DNA of 34,696 nucleotides from Oscillatoriales cyanobacterium bin_317 (GTDB lineage Bacteria; Cyanobacteriota; Cyanobacteriia; Leptolyngbyales; Leptolyngbyaceae): the NCBI GenBank assembly GCA_037442585.1, contig JBBIQC010000001.1:5327-40022 (forward strand), written 5' to 3'. The translations under genes were made by a program, and so were the position numbers. The notes beneath the pieces were generated by a model. It had not been told where the DNA came from. It searched no databases and saw only the letters and a program-made list of their open reading frames with translations. Positions 8,526 to 18,281 of this stretch are shown in pieces (the first letter of the stretch is position 1; each line of letters begins with the position of its first letter).

Positions 8526-10133
8526 ATGTTGACTGCTAACTTTCCCTGGCTGACGTTCATCATCCTGTTTCCGATCGCGGCCTCTCTCTTCATTCCCTTT
8601 CTACCCGATAAGGATGGCAGAACCGTTCGCTGGTTTGCGCTGATCGTTGGGTTGATCGATTTTGCTGTCATTGTTTATGCCTTTTACAACTATTACGATT
8701 TCTCCAGTCCAGATCTACAACTGGTAGAAAGCTATTCCTGGATTCCGCAGTTGGATTTGCGATGGTCCGTTGGCGTGGATGGGCTATCGATGCCGCTGGT
8801 CATCCTGACGGGATTTATTACCACCCTGGCAATTCTGGCCGCTTGGCCCGTGACCCTCAAACCGCGGCTGTTTTATTTCCTGATGCTGGCGATGTATGGG
8901 GGCCAGATTGCGGTGTTTGCCGTTCAGGACATGATTGTCTTCTTCCTGGCCTGGGAATTGGAATTGATTCCGGTTTACCTGCTCCTGGCGATCTGGGGTG
9001 GGAAGAAACGGCAGTACGCCGCTACTAAATTTATTCTCTACACCGCAGGCAGTTCACTGTTCATCCTGGTGGCAGGGTTGGCGATGGCCTTTTACGGCGA
9101 TACGGTCACGTTTGATATGCGATCGCTGGCCGCCAAAGATATGGCTCTCAATTTCCAACTGTGGATTTATGCCGCGTTGCTGCTTGCCTACGCCGTTAAA
9201 CTCCCGATTATTCCGCTCCACACCTGGCTACCGGATGCTCACGGGGAAGCCACCGCTCCTGTTCATATGTTGCTGGCGGGAATTCTGCTGAAGATGGGTG
9301 GCTATGCCCTGATTCGCATGAATGCTGGCATGTTGCCCGATGCTCATGCTTACTTTGCGCCTGCCCTGGTGATTCTAGGGGTAGTCAACATTATTTATGC
9401 GGCGCTCACCTCCTTTGCTCAACGGAACCTGAAGCGGAAAATTGCTTACTCCTCCATTTCCCACATGGGCTTTGTCACGATTGGGATTGCCTCCTTCACT
9501 GATCTGGGTTTAAGCGGGGCGTTGCTGCAAATGGTGTCTCACGGCCTGATTGGGGCCAGCCTCTTCTTCCTGGTGGGCGCGACGTACGATCGCACCCATA
9601 CCCTGATGCTGGATGAAATGGGTGGCGTGGGTCAGAAGATGAAGAAGATTTTCGCCATGTGGACAGTCTGTTCCCTGGCTTCCCTGGCTCTACCGGGCAT
9701 GAGTGGATTTGTCGCGGAACTGATGGTGTTCGTTGGCTTTGCGACCAGCGATGCTTACAGTCTTCCTTTCCGGGTGATTGTGGTGCTGCTGGCCGCAGTG
9801 GGCGTGATCCTGACTCCCATTTACCTGCTCTCCAACCTGCGAGAAATCTTCTATGGGCCGGAGAATAAGGAACTCACCTCCCATGAAGTGCTGGTGGATG
9901 CCGAACCGCGTGAAGTGTTCATCATCAGCGCCCTGTTGGTGCCCATTATTGGCATTGGCTTCTATCCTAAACTCCTGACCCAGATCTACGATGCCAAAAC
10001 GATTCAACTGACCGAGCAGTTGCGAGCAAGTGTGCCCAGTCTGGCGGCTAAAGCTCCGGCAAAAGCGGTGTCACTCCAACCGTTTAGTGAGGAGTTTATA
10101 CAGGCTCCGGCGATCGCGCATTTACCGGAATAA
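8526..10133 (+). CDS. ndhD1: NAD(P)H-quinone oxidoreductase (NDH-1) subunit 4
   Basis: [41 protein letters not shown]; directly follows ndhF1. Confidence 0.95.
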   Translation: MLTANFPWLTFIILFPIAASLFIPFLPDKDGRTVRWFALIVGLIDFAVIVYAFYNYYDFSSPDLQLVESYSWIPQLDLRWSVGVDGLSMPLVILTGFITTLAILAAWPVTLKPRLFYFLMLAMYGGQIAVFAVQDMIVFFLAWELELIPVYLLLAIWGGKKRQYAATKFILYTAGSSLFILVAGLAMAFYGDTVTFDMRSLAAKDMALNFQLWIYAALLLAYAVKLPIIPLHTWLPDAHGEATAPVHMLLAGILLKMGGYALIRMNAGMLPDAHAYFAPALVILGVVNIIYAALTSFAQRNLKRKIAYSSISHMGFVTIGIASFTDLGLSGALLQMVSHGLIGASLFFLVGATYDRTHTLMLDEMGGVGQKMKKIFAMWTVCSLASLALPGMSGFVAELMVFVGFATSDAYSLPFRVIVVLLAAVGVILTPIYLLSNLREIFYGPENKELTSHEVLVDAEPREVFIISALLVPIIGIGFYPKLLTQIYDAKTIQLTEQLRASVPSLAAKAPAKAVSLQPFSEEFIQAPAIAHLPE

Positions 10134-10140
10134 CCTGAGC

Positions 10141-10168
10141 AACCGGATTTCTGGCCAGAAATCCGGTT
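10141..10168. repeat. Perfect 28-bp palindrome after ndhD1 (AGAAAnCCGGTTTCT repeat family); possible terminator or stabilising hairpin
   Basis: AACCGGATTTCTGG|CCAGAAATCCGGTT. Confidence 0.8.
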
Positions 10169-10338
10169 TCTTGACGAATAGCCTCAGACTACTATTGAGT
10201 ATTTCTTAATGAAGATCACGGGGTACCAGTTCCCCGCTGATTTGCTGGAATATCTGTGACATAAGGCTTTTAGAGATTTAGGCGATCGCTCCATATCTTT
10301 AATTATTCCTAAATTAGAGCCAAAAACCTTGAAAACTG

Positions 10339-10366
10339 TTGCACTTTCAAAAGCCTCAAGTATAAT
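10339..10366 (+). promoter_or_regulatory. Putative sigma70-type promoter of HU
   Basis: TTGCAC (10339-10344), 16-nt spacer, TATAAT (10361-10366), about 30 nt upstream of the ATG. Confidence 0.55.
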
Positions 10367-10395
10367 CACAGCAACTGTTCTAAGGATTTTCGGTT

Positions 10396-10674
10396 ATGAA
10401 CAAAGGCGAACTGGTTGACAAAATAGCTGAGAAAGCAAACGTTACTAAAAAAGATGCAGACTCAATCTTGACAGCGATGCTGGAAGTAATTCTAGACACC
10501 GTTGCTAGTGGAGACAAGGTAACGCTGGTGGGCTTTGGTACCTTTGAAGCACGGCAACGTCAGGCTAGAGAAGGCCGCAATCCTTCTACTGGTGAACCCA
10601 TCAAAATCCCAGCGACCAAGGTTCCGGCTTTTAGTGCTGGAAAACAATTCAAAGACAAGGTTGTTGGCAAGTAG
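10396..10674 (+). CDS. hup: DNA-binding protein HU
   Basis: MNKGELVDKIA...VTLVGFGTFE...REGRNPSTGEPIKIPA...PAFSAGK. Confidence 0.97.
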   Translation: MNKGELVDKIAEKANVTKKDADSILTAMLEVILDTVASGDKVTLVGFGTFEARQRQAREGRNPSTGEPIKIPATKVPAFSAGKQFKDKVVGK

Positions 10675-10880
10675 TGAAGAATCTGGTGCTGATTGGCGGA
10701 GATCATCCTCACGCCGTCACCCTGCGAATGTTTGGCATGAAGCCTCTACCAGGGGTGCGTCTATCTCTGATTTCAGAGGCTTCCGACGAAAGTGCTTATG
10801 CAGGAACGATTCCTGGTCATGTGGCAGGTTTTGACAGTAGAGAAGCCTGTCACATTAATTTATGGTCACTGACCGATAGT
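10674..10880 (+). pseudogene. 5' remnant of an FAD-dependent oxidoreductase (NADH-dehydrogenase-like domain found fused to SelD)
   Basis: KNLVLIGGDHPHAVTLRMFGMKPLPGVRLSLIS...AYAGTIPGHVAGF...CHINL resembles the recalled LVLIGGGHSH...YSGMLPG...CHIDL N-terminus, but the FAD motif is degraded and similarity ends at a repeat at 10881. Confidence 0.75.
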
Positions 10881-10906
10881 GAAAGGCAGAAGGCAGAGGG
10901 CAAAGG
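10881..10906 (+). repeat. GGCAGAA-type heptamer repeat
   Basis: gaaaggcagaaggcagagggcaaagg; the same family occurs at about 30901-30917, 30967-31002 and 34013-34037. Confidence 0.7.
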
Positions 10907-11010
10907 AATTCTGTTCCATGATGTTTCCTGGTCAGCAGCAGGCCGTAACACCGTCATGAAAACCTTTCGACAGTGCGATCGCAACTTCCGGCTCCACCAA
11001 CTTTGGGCGC

Positions 11011-11490
11011 TTAGCGACTGTCCGGCCCATTTTGCAAAACTCCCCAGGTCACCTGATCGACCTCTCCGTTTTCCCTTAACTTGTGCCGTTGTTGAAAATT
11101 AAGCACAGCTTGTTTGGTTTCGTTGCCAAAAAAGCCATCCCGTCGCACCGGATAACCATTGACTTGCAGTAAGCCTTGTAGTTCGTATACGTCCGCACCA
11201 GTTAGCCCTTTGCGCAGAAGGCGAGTACCGGGTTTCACATTCATTTTCAAAGCGGCCCAGGTTTTTGGCCCAACGATCGCATCCACCCGCATCCCCTGCC
11301 GTCGTTGGAAGATCATCACCGCATCCTCTGTGCGACTATCAAACTCTCCTGTTACACTCAACCGAAAGCCATGTGCCCGCAATAATTCCTGTAACTCCAC
11401 GACCTCTGGTTCCACATCCCACGGTCGCAGGGTTGGCCCTGTTGTCAAAGAGTTAATTGTCGCATTGATGGGTTTCTGAATTTTGTTCAT
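11011..11490 (-). CDS. Peptidoglycan-binding domain protein (two PG_binding_1 repeats)
   Basis: V.ELQELL...G.F...TEDAVMIFQRRQGMRVDAIVGPKTW and V.ELQGLL...DGFFG.ETKQAVLNFQ...GEVDQVTW. Confidence 0.92.
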   Translation of the reverse strand: MNKIQKPINATINSLTTGPTLRPWDVEPEVVELQELLRAHGFRLSVTGEFDSRTEDAVMIFQRRQGMRVDAIVGPKTWAALKMNVKPGTRLLRKGLTGADVYELQGLLQVNGYPVRRDGFFGNETKQAVLNFQQRHKLRENGEVDQVTWGVLQNGPDSR

Positions 11491-11558
11491 AGATACATGC
11501 TTGGTGCTTCACTCAATATCCACTATTCACTCTTCAGTGTCTACTCAAACTCAACGGT

Positions 11559-12086
11559 CTAAATTTCATCCACACCTTCATCACTGCTGTCTGTCACAAT
11601 TGCCCACCGTTCCAGGGCTGTTCCTGTCACCCGGCAGATCCGCCAGTCGGGTAAAATCTCGGCTCCCATGCGCTGGTAAAAGGCGATCGCGGGTGCATTC
11701 CAATCCAGCACGCTCCATTCCAAACGTCCGCAGCCTTCCTGCGCCGCCCGTTCTGCTAAATAACTCAGGAGGGCTTTGCCAATTCCCTGACGACGGTATG
11801 CCGGTAAAACAAACAAATCTTCCAGGTAAATCCCTGGCTTCGTCAGAAAGGTGGAGTAGTTATAGAAAAACAGCGCCAAGCCCACAACCTGACCGTCTAC
11901 TTCTGCCAGAATCACCTCGGCATAAGCACGAGCACCAAACAGATGATCCCGTAATTCCTCTAGCGTACCTGTTACTGCATGGGACAACTTCTCGTAATCG
12001 GCTAAGGCTTGAATCAAGGTGAAAATGATTTCACTATCTTCACGTTGAGCCGCGCGTAGCACAATTCGACTGGATGAAAGAGCCAT
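11559..12086 (-). CDS. GNAT family N-acetyltransferase (spermidine/diamine acetyltransferase-like)
   Basis: LADYEKL, YSTFLTKPGIYLEDLFVLPAYRRQGIG, WSVLDWNAPAIAFY. Confidence 0.93.
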   Translation of the reverse strand: MALSSSRIVLRAAQREDSEIIFTLIQALADYEKLSHAVTGTLEELRDHLFGARAYAEVILAEVDGQVVGLALFFYNYSTFLTKPGIYLEDLFVLPAYRRQGIGKALLSYLAERAAQEGCGRLEWSVLDWNAPAIAFYQRMGAEILPDWRICRVTGTALERWAIVTDSSDEGVDEI

Positions 12087-12174
12087 ACATGATTAATCCT
12101 GATAGGGATCTGGTTTTTGAGATGATGGGTGAGGTGCTTGTATTGTACTCAAGTCAGGGGAGGAATTTGGGTGC

Positions 12175-13551
12175 GTGAATTATCCTGTTGATATTTTGAT
12201 TTTGTCCAATGGGCCAGGGGAGTTATCCACCTGGGTACAGCCTGCGGTCAAAGAATTGCGGCGACAATTGAGGATCGATCGCGCCCTGTTACGTATTTCC
12301 ATCATTTTGTCTCCCTGTGCCAATGCCAGCGGTCAGGAAGTGGCGATCGCCCAACGCTTTCCCGAAGTGGATCGAGTACAGGGAGCCGAGCACTTCTTCC
12401 CCTTTCTTCTGTTTGGCAAAACTCACGCCAATTGGGACTGGCGATCGCGCGGCGTTGTCGTGTTTCTGGGCGGCGATCAGTTCTTTCCAATTGTGATTGC
12501 CAAACGTCTCGGCTACCGCACCGTGATTTATGCCGAATGGGAAGCCCGCTGGCATGCCTGGGGCGATCGCTTTGGTGTGATGAATGCCGAGATTCTGAAT
12601 CGGGTTGCTCCCAGGTATGCTCACAAGTTTTCCGTCGTTGGCGATTTGATGGCAGAGGCAGGTGTGGGGAGTGGAAGAGTGGAGGAGTGGAAGAGTGGGG
12701 GAGGTGAGGAAGATGGGGGAGGTAAGGGAGATGGGGGAGCGGGTGAGAGGATGAGAGGATGGGATGATGAGAGTGATTTATTCACCCCCCCATCACCCCA
12801 TCACCCCATCACCCCATCATCCCCTCTTATCGGTCTGCTTCCCGGTTCCAAGCCTATGAAGTTAATCCTGGGAGTACCTCTGACACTGGCGATCGCGGAA
12901 CATATTTACATGGCTCAATCGGATGTGCAATTTGTCATTCCAGTGGCTCCGACCCTGACTGTCAAAGACTTGGCTGCTTATGCTGACCCCACTAAGAATC
13001 CAATGATTCAACGCTTGGGATGGGTTGGGGGAGAATTGGTGCTGCCAGCAGAGCAATTACCCGTCCTGAAAACACCTGCTGGGGTGCAAGTCAGCCTGTG
13101 GACAGGATTTCCGGCCTATGACCTGTTATCCCGGTGCAGCCTTTGTCTGACCACGATCGGAGCCAATACAGCGGAATTGGGGGCTTTAGGCGTGCCCATG
13201 ATCGTTCTACTGCCAACCCAGCAACTGGATATCATGCGGGCCTGGGATGGCATACCCGGTCTGCTGGTAAATCTGCCAGGAATTGGTGCTTTACTGGCAA
13301 GGCTGATTAACTGGCTGGCCCTCCGCCGCAGGGGGTTGCTCGCATGGCCGAATATTTGGGCTAAGCGGGAAATTGTGCCAGAGTTAGTTGGTGCTCTACA
13401 GCCAGCAGAAGTGGCTCAGAGGGCGATCGCCTATCTCGATCATCCTGAACACTTGCAAGCTATGAGTGATGAATTACGAACTGTTCGAGGCGAACCCGGA
13501 GCGGCCCACAAACTGGTACAACTCGTGATTGAGGAACTGGAAAAACTTTAA
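12175..13551 (+). CDS. Lipid-A-disaccharide synthase (LpxB)-related glycosyltransferase
   Basis: ILILSNGPGE, FLGGDQ, GLLPGSK, TTIGANTAELG, LAWPNIWA..EIVPEL; contains a repeat-derived insertion. Confidence 0.85.
   Translation: MNYPVDILILSNGPGELSTWVQPAVKELRRQLRIDRALLRISIILSPCANASGQEVAIAQRFPEVDRVQGAEHFFPFLLFGKTHANWDWRSRGVVVFLGGDQFFPIVIAKRLGYRTVIYAEWEARWHAWGDRFGVMNAEILNRVAPRYAHKFSVVGDLMAEAGVGSGRVEEWKSGGGEEDGGGKGDGGAGERMRGWDDESDLFTPPSPHHPITPSSPLIGLLPGSKPMKLILGVPLTLAIAEHIYMAQSDVQFVIPVAPTLTVKDLAAYADPTKNPMIQRLGWVGGELVLPAEQLPVLKTPAGVQVSLWTGFPAYDLLSRCSLCLTTIGANTAELGALGVPMIVLLPTQQLDIMRAWDGIPGLLVNLPGIGALLARLINWLALRRRGLLAWPNIWAKREIVPELVGALQPAEVAQRAIAYLDHPEHLQAMSDELRTVRGEPGAAHKLVQLVIEELEKL
12662..12825 (+). 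repeat. In-frame purine-rich plus (CCCCATCA)x4 repeat block inside the LpxB-like gene
   Basis: GAGTGGA/GGAGATG-like units at 12662-12775 and CCCCATCA at 12788, 12796, 12804 and 12812. Confidence 0.85.
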
Positions 13552-13632
13552 AGCTTTACCTAAACCAAGTCCAGCTAGAGAACTGGAGTTTTCCGATCAG
13601 AGAAACTACGGTTCTGGACTTGGACAAGGTTT

Positions 13633-13667
13633 AATTCCTAACTCAAAACTTAGAACTCAAAACTTCC
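13633..13667 (+). repeat. STRR-like heptamer repeat (AACTCAA variants)
   Basis: aattcct aactcaa aacttag aactcaa aacttcc, between convergent genes. Confidence 0.7.
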
Positions 13668-14051
13668 TCACGGCGCTCCATCTCGACGACCCAGTTCATA
13701 AATGCCACACCCCATGCAGGCTAGTAACCCCATACTGATCGCCCAACTGTCGCCCAGGGTAAACTCAACGCCAAGATTGCACAAAATCCCCAACGCTAAG
13801 AAGGGAAAGATGCTGAACAGTGAGGCATAGAAAGCATTTTGGGATTCGCGCCCTTTACGAGTACGTTCAAACTCTTCAGCAGAGGTATAAAGACTACGTT
13901 CAGCAAAGTTCAACCAGCGATTGAGTTGATAGCTGACCCATTCGCTCAGGGGAAACAACCCTAGATAAAGAGCCAGTGCCCACAAACTGGTACCCGCGAT
14001 CGCGGTTGGGTTGACATGAACCAAAAATGGGAATAGGTCGTTCAGGAACAC
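13668..14051 (-). CDS. Conserved cyanobacterial hypothetical membrane protein
   Basis: 127 aa with three hydrophobic segments; RWLNFAERSLY...RESQNAFYAS and YELGRRDG motifs. Confidence 0.8.
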   Translation of the reverse strand: MFLNDLFPFLVHVNPTAIAGTSLWALALYLGLFPLSEWVSYQLNRWLNFAERSLYTSAEEFERTRKGRESQNAFYASLFSIFPFLALGILCNLGVEFTLGDSWAISMGLLACMGCGIYELGRRDGAP

Positions 14052-14398
14052 GAGTAACGCTGGCGACGGAACCAGGAGAATAGGATGAACGTCTTCTGGT
14101 AGAACATCTTAACGAAAAGCTAAGAATTCTCAAACAGAAATTAAGCATCGGATGCAAGAGCTTAACCATTCAGGGTAGCCCTTATCCCAATTCAGACTAT
14201 GATTTCTCTTAAGAAAAAATTCAGCTTTACAACGCACTGGCTTGAGAACGCTTTGCTGCCTGACTAGAGCCATTGGGAGAGCATAAAAATGAGTCCCCTC
14301 ACGGATGGATGAATGAAGAAAGGAGAACTATCATCCTGTGTACCGTTTCGCTAACTTTGAGAATTTTCTAAGGTATTAATATCCTCATTGACCAGGCT

Positions 14399-15640
14399 AT
14401 GGCTTCTATCGCCCGTAAGAATCTGTTTGAAGATATCCCTCGCTTTATCGTGGCTCAGGCTGGAATCATGTTTGCAGTGAGCCTGGTTACAATTCAAATC
14501 GGCATCCTGGATGGGTTTAGCCGCTCAACCACCCGGCTAATTGAACAATCGGATGCAGATTTGTGGGTGGGTTCCAAGGATCTCCTACATTTGGAAGTCA
14601 ACTTGCCAATTCCTTTAGATCAGTTGATCCAGGCTCGTAAGGTAGAGGGTGTCGGACAGGCAGAAGCCCTTATCTCACGCGGGACGCTCTGGGTTGATCC
14701 CGATGGCCGTATTGCTCCAGTTCGGGTCTATGGGTTCAATCCGAGTAGCACTTTATTTGCCGGTTGGGAACTTAAGGAAGGATCGTTAAATACTCTGAAC
14801 CAGCCTTACACCTTTATCTCCGATCGCAGCAATTTGAGTGCGTTAGGACTGGAAAAAGTAGGACAATCCGGTAGTATTGGCCCTTTGCCTGCAAAGCTGG
14901 TCGGCTTAAGCAAAGACACCCAATCCATGTCTTCTAGCACTTACCTGTTTACCTCGCTGGAAACAGCCAACGCTTACAGCAATGCGGGGTTAAGCTCCTC
15001 AGTGAATTGCTCCCTCAAGTCAGGCAGCCTGGATTGCATCAGCACTTTTTCACCAACCCCCCAAACGCTGGCCGCTCCTCCACCTCCTAAACGGCTGAAT
15101 CTGGCTGATCCAATCACATTTGTGCTGATTAAAGCCAAGCCAGGGCAGGACTTACAGCAACTGAAACAAAAACTAGAGACGCATCTTTCTGGTGTGAGGG
15201 TCTATACCAAAGCAGAATTGGCGGATATGACGCGGACTTACTGGCGTAAGCGTACCGGAGTTGGCTTTATTTTGGGCCTGGGGGCAACGGTTGGTGTGAT
15301 TGTGGGGATGGTGGTCGTCAGTCAAATTCTGTACTCATCGGTGTCTGACCATCTCAAGGAGTTTGGAACTCTCAAGGCAATGGGCGCGTCAGATTGGCTA
15401 ATCTATCGCGTAATTACGGAACAGGCCCTTTGGATGGCGATTCTAGGATATATCCCCAGTATGGTTCTCTGTCTGGTCTTAGGCTCCTGGACTGTGGCAG
15501 CTAAAGGAATCATGATTCTGATTACCCCAGGAACCGCGATCGCGGTGTTGGGTGTAACAGTCGTTATGTGTGTTGGTTCTGCTCTCTTTGCCATCCAGAA
15601 GGTGACCCATGTAGACCCCGCCATCGTCTTTAAAGCCTGA
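14399..15640 (+). CDS. ABC transporter permease, DevC/FtsX-like
   Basis: MASIARKNLFEDIPRF.VAQAGIMFAV, ADLWV, QILYSSVSDHLKEFGTLKAMGA, DPAIVFKA. Confidence 0.92.
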   Translation: MASIARKNLFEDIPRFIVAQAGIMFAVSLVTIQIGILDGFSRSTTRLIEQSDADLWVGSKDLLHLEVNLPIPLDQLIQARKVEGVGQAEALISRGTLWVDPDGRIAPVRVYGFNPSSTLFAGWELKEGSLNTLNQPYTFISDRSNLSALGLEKVGQSGSIGPLPAKLVGLSKDTQSMSSSTYLFTSLETANAYSNAGLSSSVNCSLKSGSLDCISTFSPTPQTLAAPPPPKRLNLADPITFVLIKAKPGQDLQQLKQKLETHLSGVRVYTKAELADMTRTYWRKRTGVGFILGLGATVGVIVGMVVVSQILYSSVSDHLKEFGTLKAMGASDWLIYRVITEQALWMAILGYIPSMVLCLVLGSWTVAAKGIMILITPGTAIAVLGVTVVMCVGSALFAIQKVTHVDPAIVFKA

Positions 15641-15863
15641 CTTGGCCCCCTCAAGCGGCGTAGGTAAATGACTGGTATTCTGGTATTCTCGTTACACTAG
15701 TTAACATCTGGTTCATCGACTGCTCTCACACTGAACCCAAACCGCTCTCATGCAGTCCAAATTCTATGCAAGTTCAAAAACTTTCTAAGTGACGGTTTGT
15801 TTTGGTTCCCTCTCCACTTCCGTGTGTCTCTGTATCATTTAAAAGCATCCAACGAATAAACGA

Positions 15864-16667
15864 ATGACGGCTTCTCAAATCAACATTGCTACTTATGCTC
15901 AAAGCCCGGAGCCTTCAGTAGTTGTCACTGCTGAACGGCCTCTATCCAGTGTGGGAGTTTGGGAATGGGCAACCAAACAAGCAGTTGTGGCTCGTGATGT
16001 AAGCATGGTGTTTCGCTCGGAAGCAGATGTATTTCCTGTTCTCAAAGACATCAATCTAGATATTTCTCAAGGGGATATCCAGCTCCTGATGGGGCCTTCT
16101 GGATCGGGTAAAACAACGCTTTTGTCGATTCTGGCCGGAATATTGACTCCTACTTCTGGTAGTGTGCGCCTCCTGGGGCAAGAAATTACCACTCTCTCTA
16201 AAGAGGCCCTGGCAAAATTTCGCCTGCACAACCTTGGCTTCATCTTTCAGGGGTTTAATCTCTTTCCTGCGCTAACAGCATCTGAGAATGTGGAAGTTGC
16301 CCTGCGGATGAAAGGTATTCATGGTCGGGAAATGCGTCGTCAGGCACAGAAACTGTTGGCTCAAGTGGGTTTGGCAGACCGGGTCGATTACCTGCCCCGT
16401 GATTTGTCGGGTGGTCAAAAGCAGCGGGTGGCGATCGCCCGTGCGCTGGCCGGAGATCCCAAATTGATCATGGCCGACGAACCTACCGCTTCCCTGGATT
16501 CCCACAGTGGTCATGCAGTGATTGCACTGCTGCGCCAACTGGCTAAGGAAGGGGGCCGCACCGTCTTAATTGTGACTCACGATCCCCGCCTTGTAGACGT
16601 GGCAGACCATGTAGCCTACTTAGAAGATGGAATCCTCAGCAGTGAGGAAATCGGGATCAAGAGCTAG
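15864..16667 (+). CDS. ABC transporter ATP-binding protein, DevA/LolD-like
   Basis: GPSGSGKT, LSGGQKQRVAIARAL, ADEPT, VTHD. Confidence 0.95.
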   Translation: MTASQINIATYAQSPEPSVVVTAERPLSSVGVWEWATKQAVVARDVSMVFRSEADVFPVLKDINLDISQGDIQLLMGPSGSGKTTLLSILAGILTPTSGSVRLLGQEITTLSKEALAKFRLHNLGFIFQGFNLFPALTASENVEVALRMKGIHGREMRRQAQKLLAQVGLADRVDYLPRDLSGGQKQRVAIARALAGDPKLIMADEPTASLDSHSGHAVIALLRQLAKEGGRTVLIVTHDPRLVDVADHVAYLEDGILSSEEIGIKS

Positions 16668-16846
16668 AAATCGTTTTTGTTTTTTGTTTATAGAGATGTT
16701 CTGATGGAATATCTCTAAGAAATACCGTTTGCATAGCTGTGGGCTTAAAATAGCGGTAATTCTGCTTTCATCCATCTCTGGTCACTAATTAAGTTAAGGT
16801 TGCCAGCGAGGATGAAATCCCGGCTGAAGTCGAGCTGCAAAAAACT

Positions 16847-18199
16847 ATGAATGTAGGGTTTCTGCTGGGACTAGGTGTTGGGTTAGCCCTGTTCGGTTGG
16901 TATTGGCTGCGCCTGAATCTGAAACTCCGACGGATTGTCCAGCAACTTCGACCCGATCTGCTCAGTTTACCGTTTTCTTCTACCTCCCGGTTAACGCGGG
17001 CGATCGCCGCCTATCAGCAGGCCCACTGGAGTCTGGAGCAAGATCTGCAGGATTTGCAGTACCTGGTTCAGGTAGCTCCGATCGGGTTCTTACAGGTGGA
17101 TGAGGATAATCAGTTACTCTCCTGTAACCCCAAAGCCTGTGAATTACTCAGTCTGCAAAACTACCAGATCACAACCCCACGGTTACTCTTGGAACTGGTG
17201 CGTTCCTATGAATTAGATGCCCTGGTGGAGGAAACCCGTCAGGCTCAGAAACCCTGTCAAAGTGAGTGGTTGTTCCACCCCGTCAATGCCGATTTCACGA
17301 AGTTGTCGCAGCAGCAATCCCGACCTCTGCGGGGATACGGCTTTCCGCTGGCGGAGGGGCGTATTGCGGTGTTTTTAGAAAGCCGTGAGGAAACAGTGAA
17401 ATTGGCCCAGCAGCGCGATCGCTGGATCTCCGATGTGGCCCACGAGTTGAAAACGCCCCTGACTTCCATCCGATTAGTTGCCGAAACCCTACAAAGCCGG
17501 GTCGATTCTCCAGGTCGGGAATGGATTGGCCGCTTGTTGCAGGAAACCATCCGTCTCAGCAATTTAGTCCAGGATCTGCTCGACCTGAACCAACTGCAGG
17601 GGCACTCCACGGCTCGTCTGACCTGTAAATTAATTGATCTGGTGCCATTAATTCATTCAGCATGGCTGAGTCTGGAACCTTTAGCCCGAGCCAAACAAGT
17701 CCAATTAGATTACATTGGCCCCGACCAGTTAGTAACTCAGGGGGATGAAGCATGGCTCTATCGGGCGTTCATCAACCTTTTTGACAACAGTATTAAATAC
17801 AGTCCGCCTCACCAAAAAATTCAAGTTCGATTGCAGCTTCAGTCAGCGGTTGAATCAGCGCCAATACCAGAGATTCAGTTGGATTTCATTGATGCTGGCC
17901 CCGGCTTTCCAGACAGCGCTTTGCCCTTCGTCTTTGAACGGTTTTATCGGGCTGATCCCTCCCGTACCCGTCATGGCATTGCTGGCTCCGATCCCAAATT
18001 CCCTGAGCCATCGTACTTTAACGATCCCGCGACCGCCCCCTCATCTCGGCAATCAGGTAACAGTACCGGCTTGGGTCTGGCGATCGTCAAGCACATCGTG
18101 GAAGCCCATCGGGGACAAGTCTCAGCCAGTAACCATCCCGAAACCGGAGGAGCATGGCTACAAATCCACTTGCCCCAGCCGCAAATGGATCAGGAATAA
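16847..18199 (+). CDS. sphS: Phosphate-sensing histidine kinase, SphS/PhoR-like
   Basis: N-terminal TM segment, PAS-like region with LLELVRSYELD, H-box SDVAHELKTPLTSIRL, N-box NLFDNSIKY, FERFYRADPSR, TGLGLAIV. Confidence 0.8.
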   Translation: MNVGFLLGLGVGLALFGWYWLRLNLKLRRIVQQLRPDLLSLPFSSTSRLTRAIAAYQQAHWSLEQDLQDLQYLVQVAPIGFLQVDEDNQLLSCNPKACELLSLQNYQITTPRLLLELVRSYELDALVEETRQAQKPCQSEWLFHPVNADFTKLSQQQSRPLRGYGFPLAEGRIAVFLESREETVKLAQQRDRWISDVAHELKTPLTSIRLVAETLQSRVDSPGREWIGRLLQETIRLSNLVQDLLDLNQLQGHSTARLTCKLIDLVPLIHSAWLSLEPLARAKQVQLDYIGPDQLVTQGDEAWLYRAFINLFDNSIKYSPPHQKIQVRLQLQSAVESAPIPEIQLDFIDAGPGFPDSALPFVFERFYRADPSRTRHGIAGSDPKFPEPSYFNDPATAPSSRQSGNSTGLGLAIVKHIVEAHRGQVSASNHPETGGAWLQIHLPQPQMDQE

Positions 18200-18281
18200 T
18201 GACATGAGCGGTTATTCCCCCCTTCCAAAGAAGGGCTTTCCCCATCTTTTATTCAGTGCTGAGAATTGTTAAGGTGGTGTC

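Noticed and set aside
10881-11102. C-terminal half of the 142-aa ORF 10674..11102 as a real protein
   Set aside because: Repeat-derived read-through that overlaps the convergent peptidoglycan-binding gene.
11483-12022. 179-aa plus-strand ORF
   Set aside because: Antisense to the well-supported GNAT gene.
14107-16800. Possible Pho boxes (CTTAACC-like words near 14108, 14161 and upstream of sphS)
   Set aside because: No properly spaced tandem repeats could be seen.
17745-18272. 175-aa alternate-frame ORF inside sphS
   Set aside because: Same-strand overlap with a well-supported kinase and no motifs.
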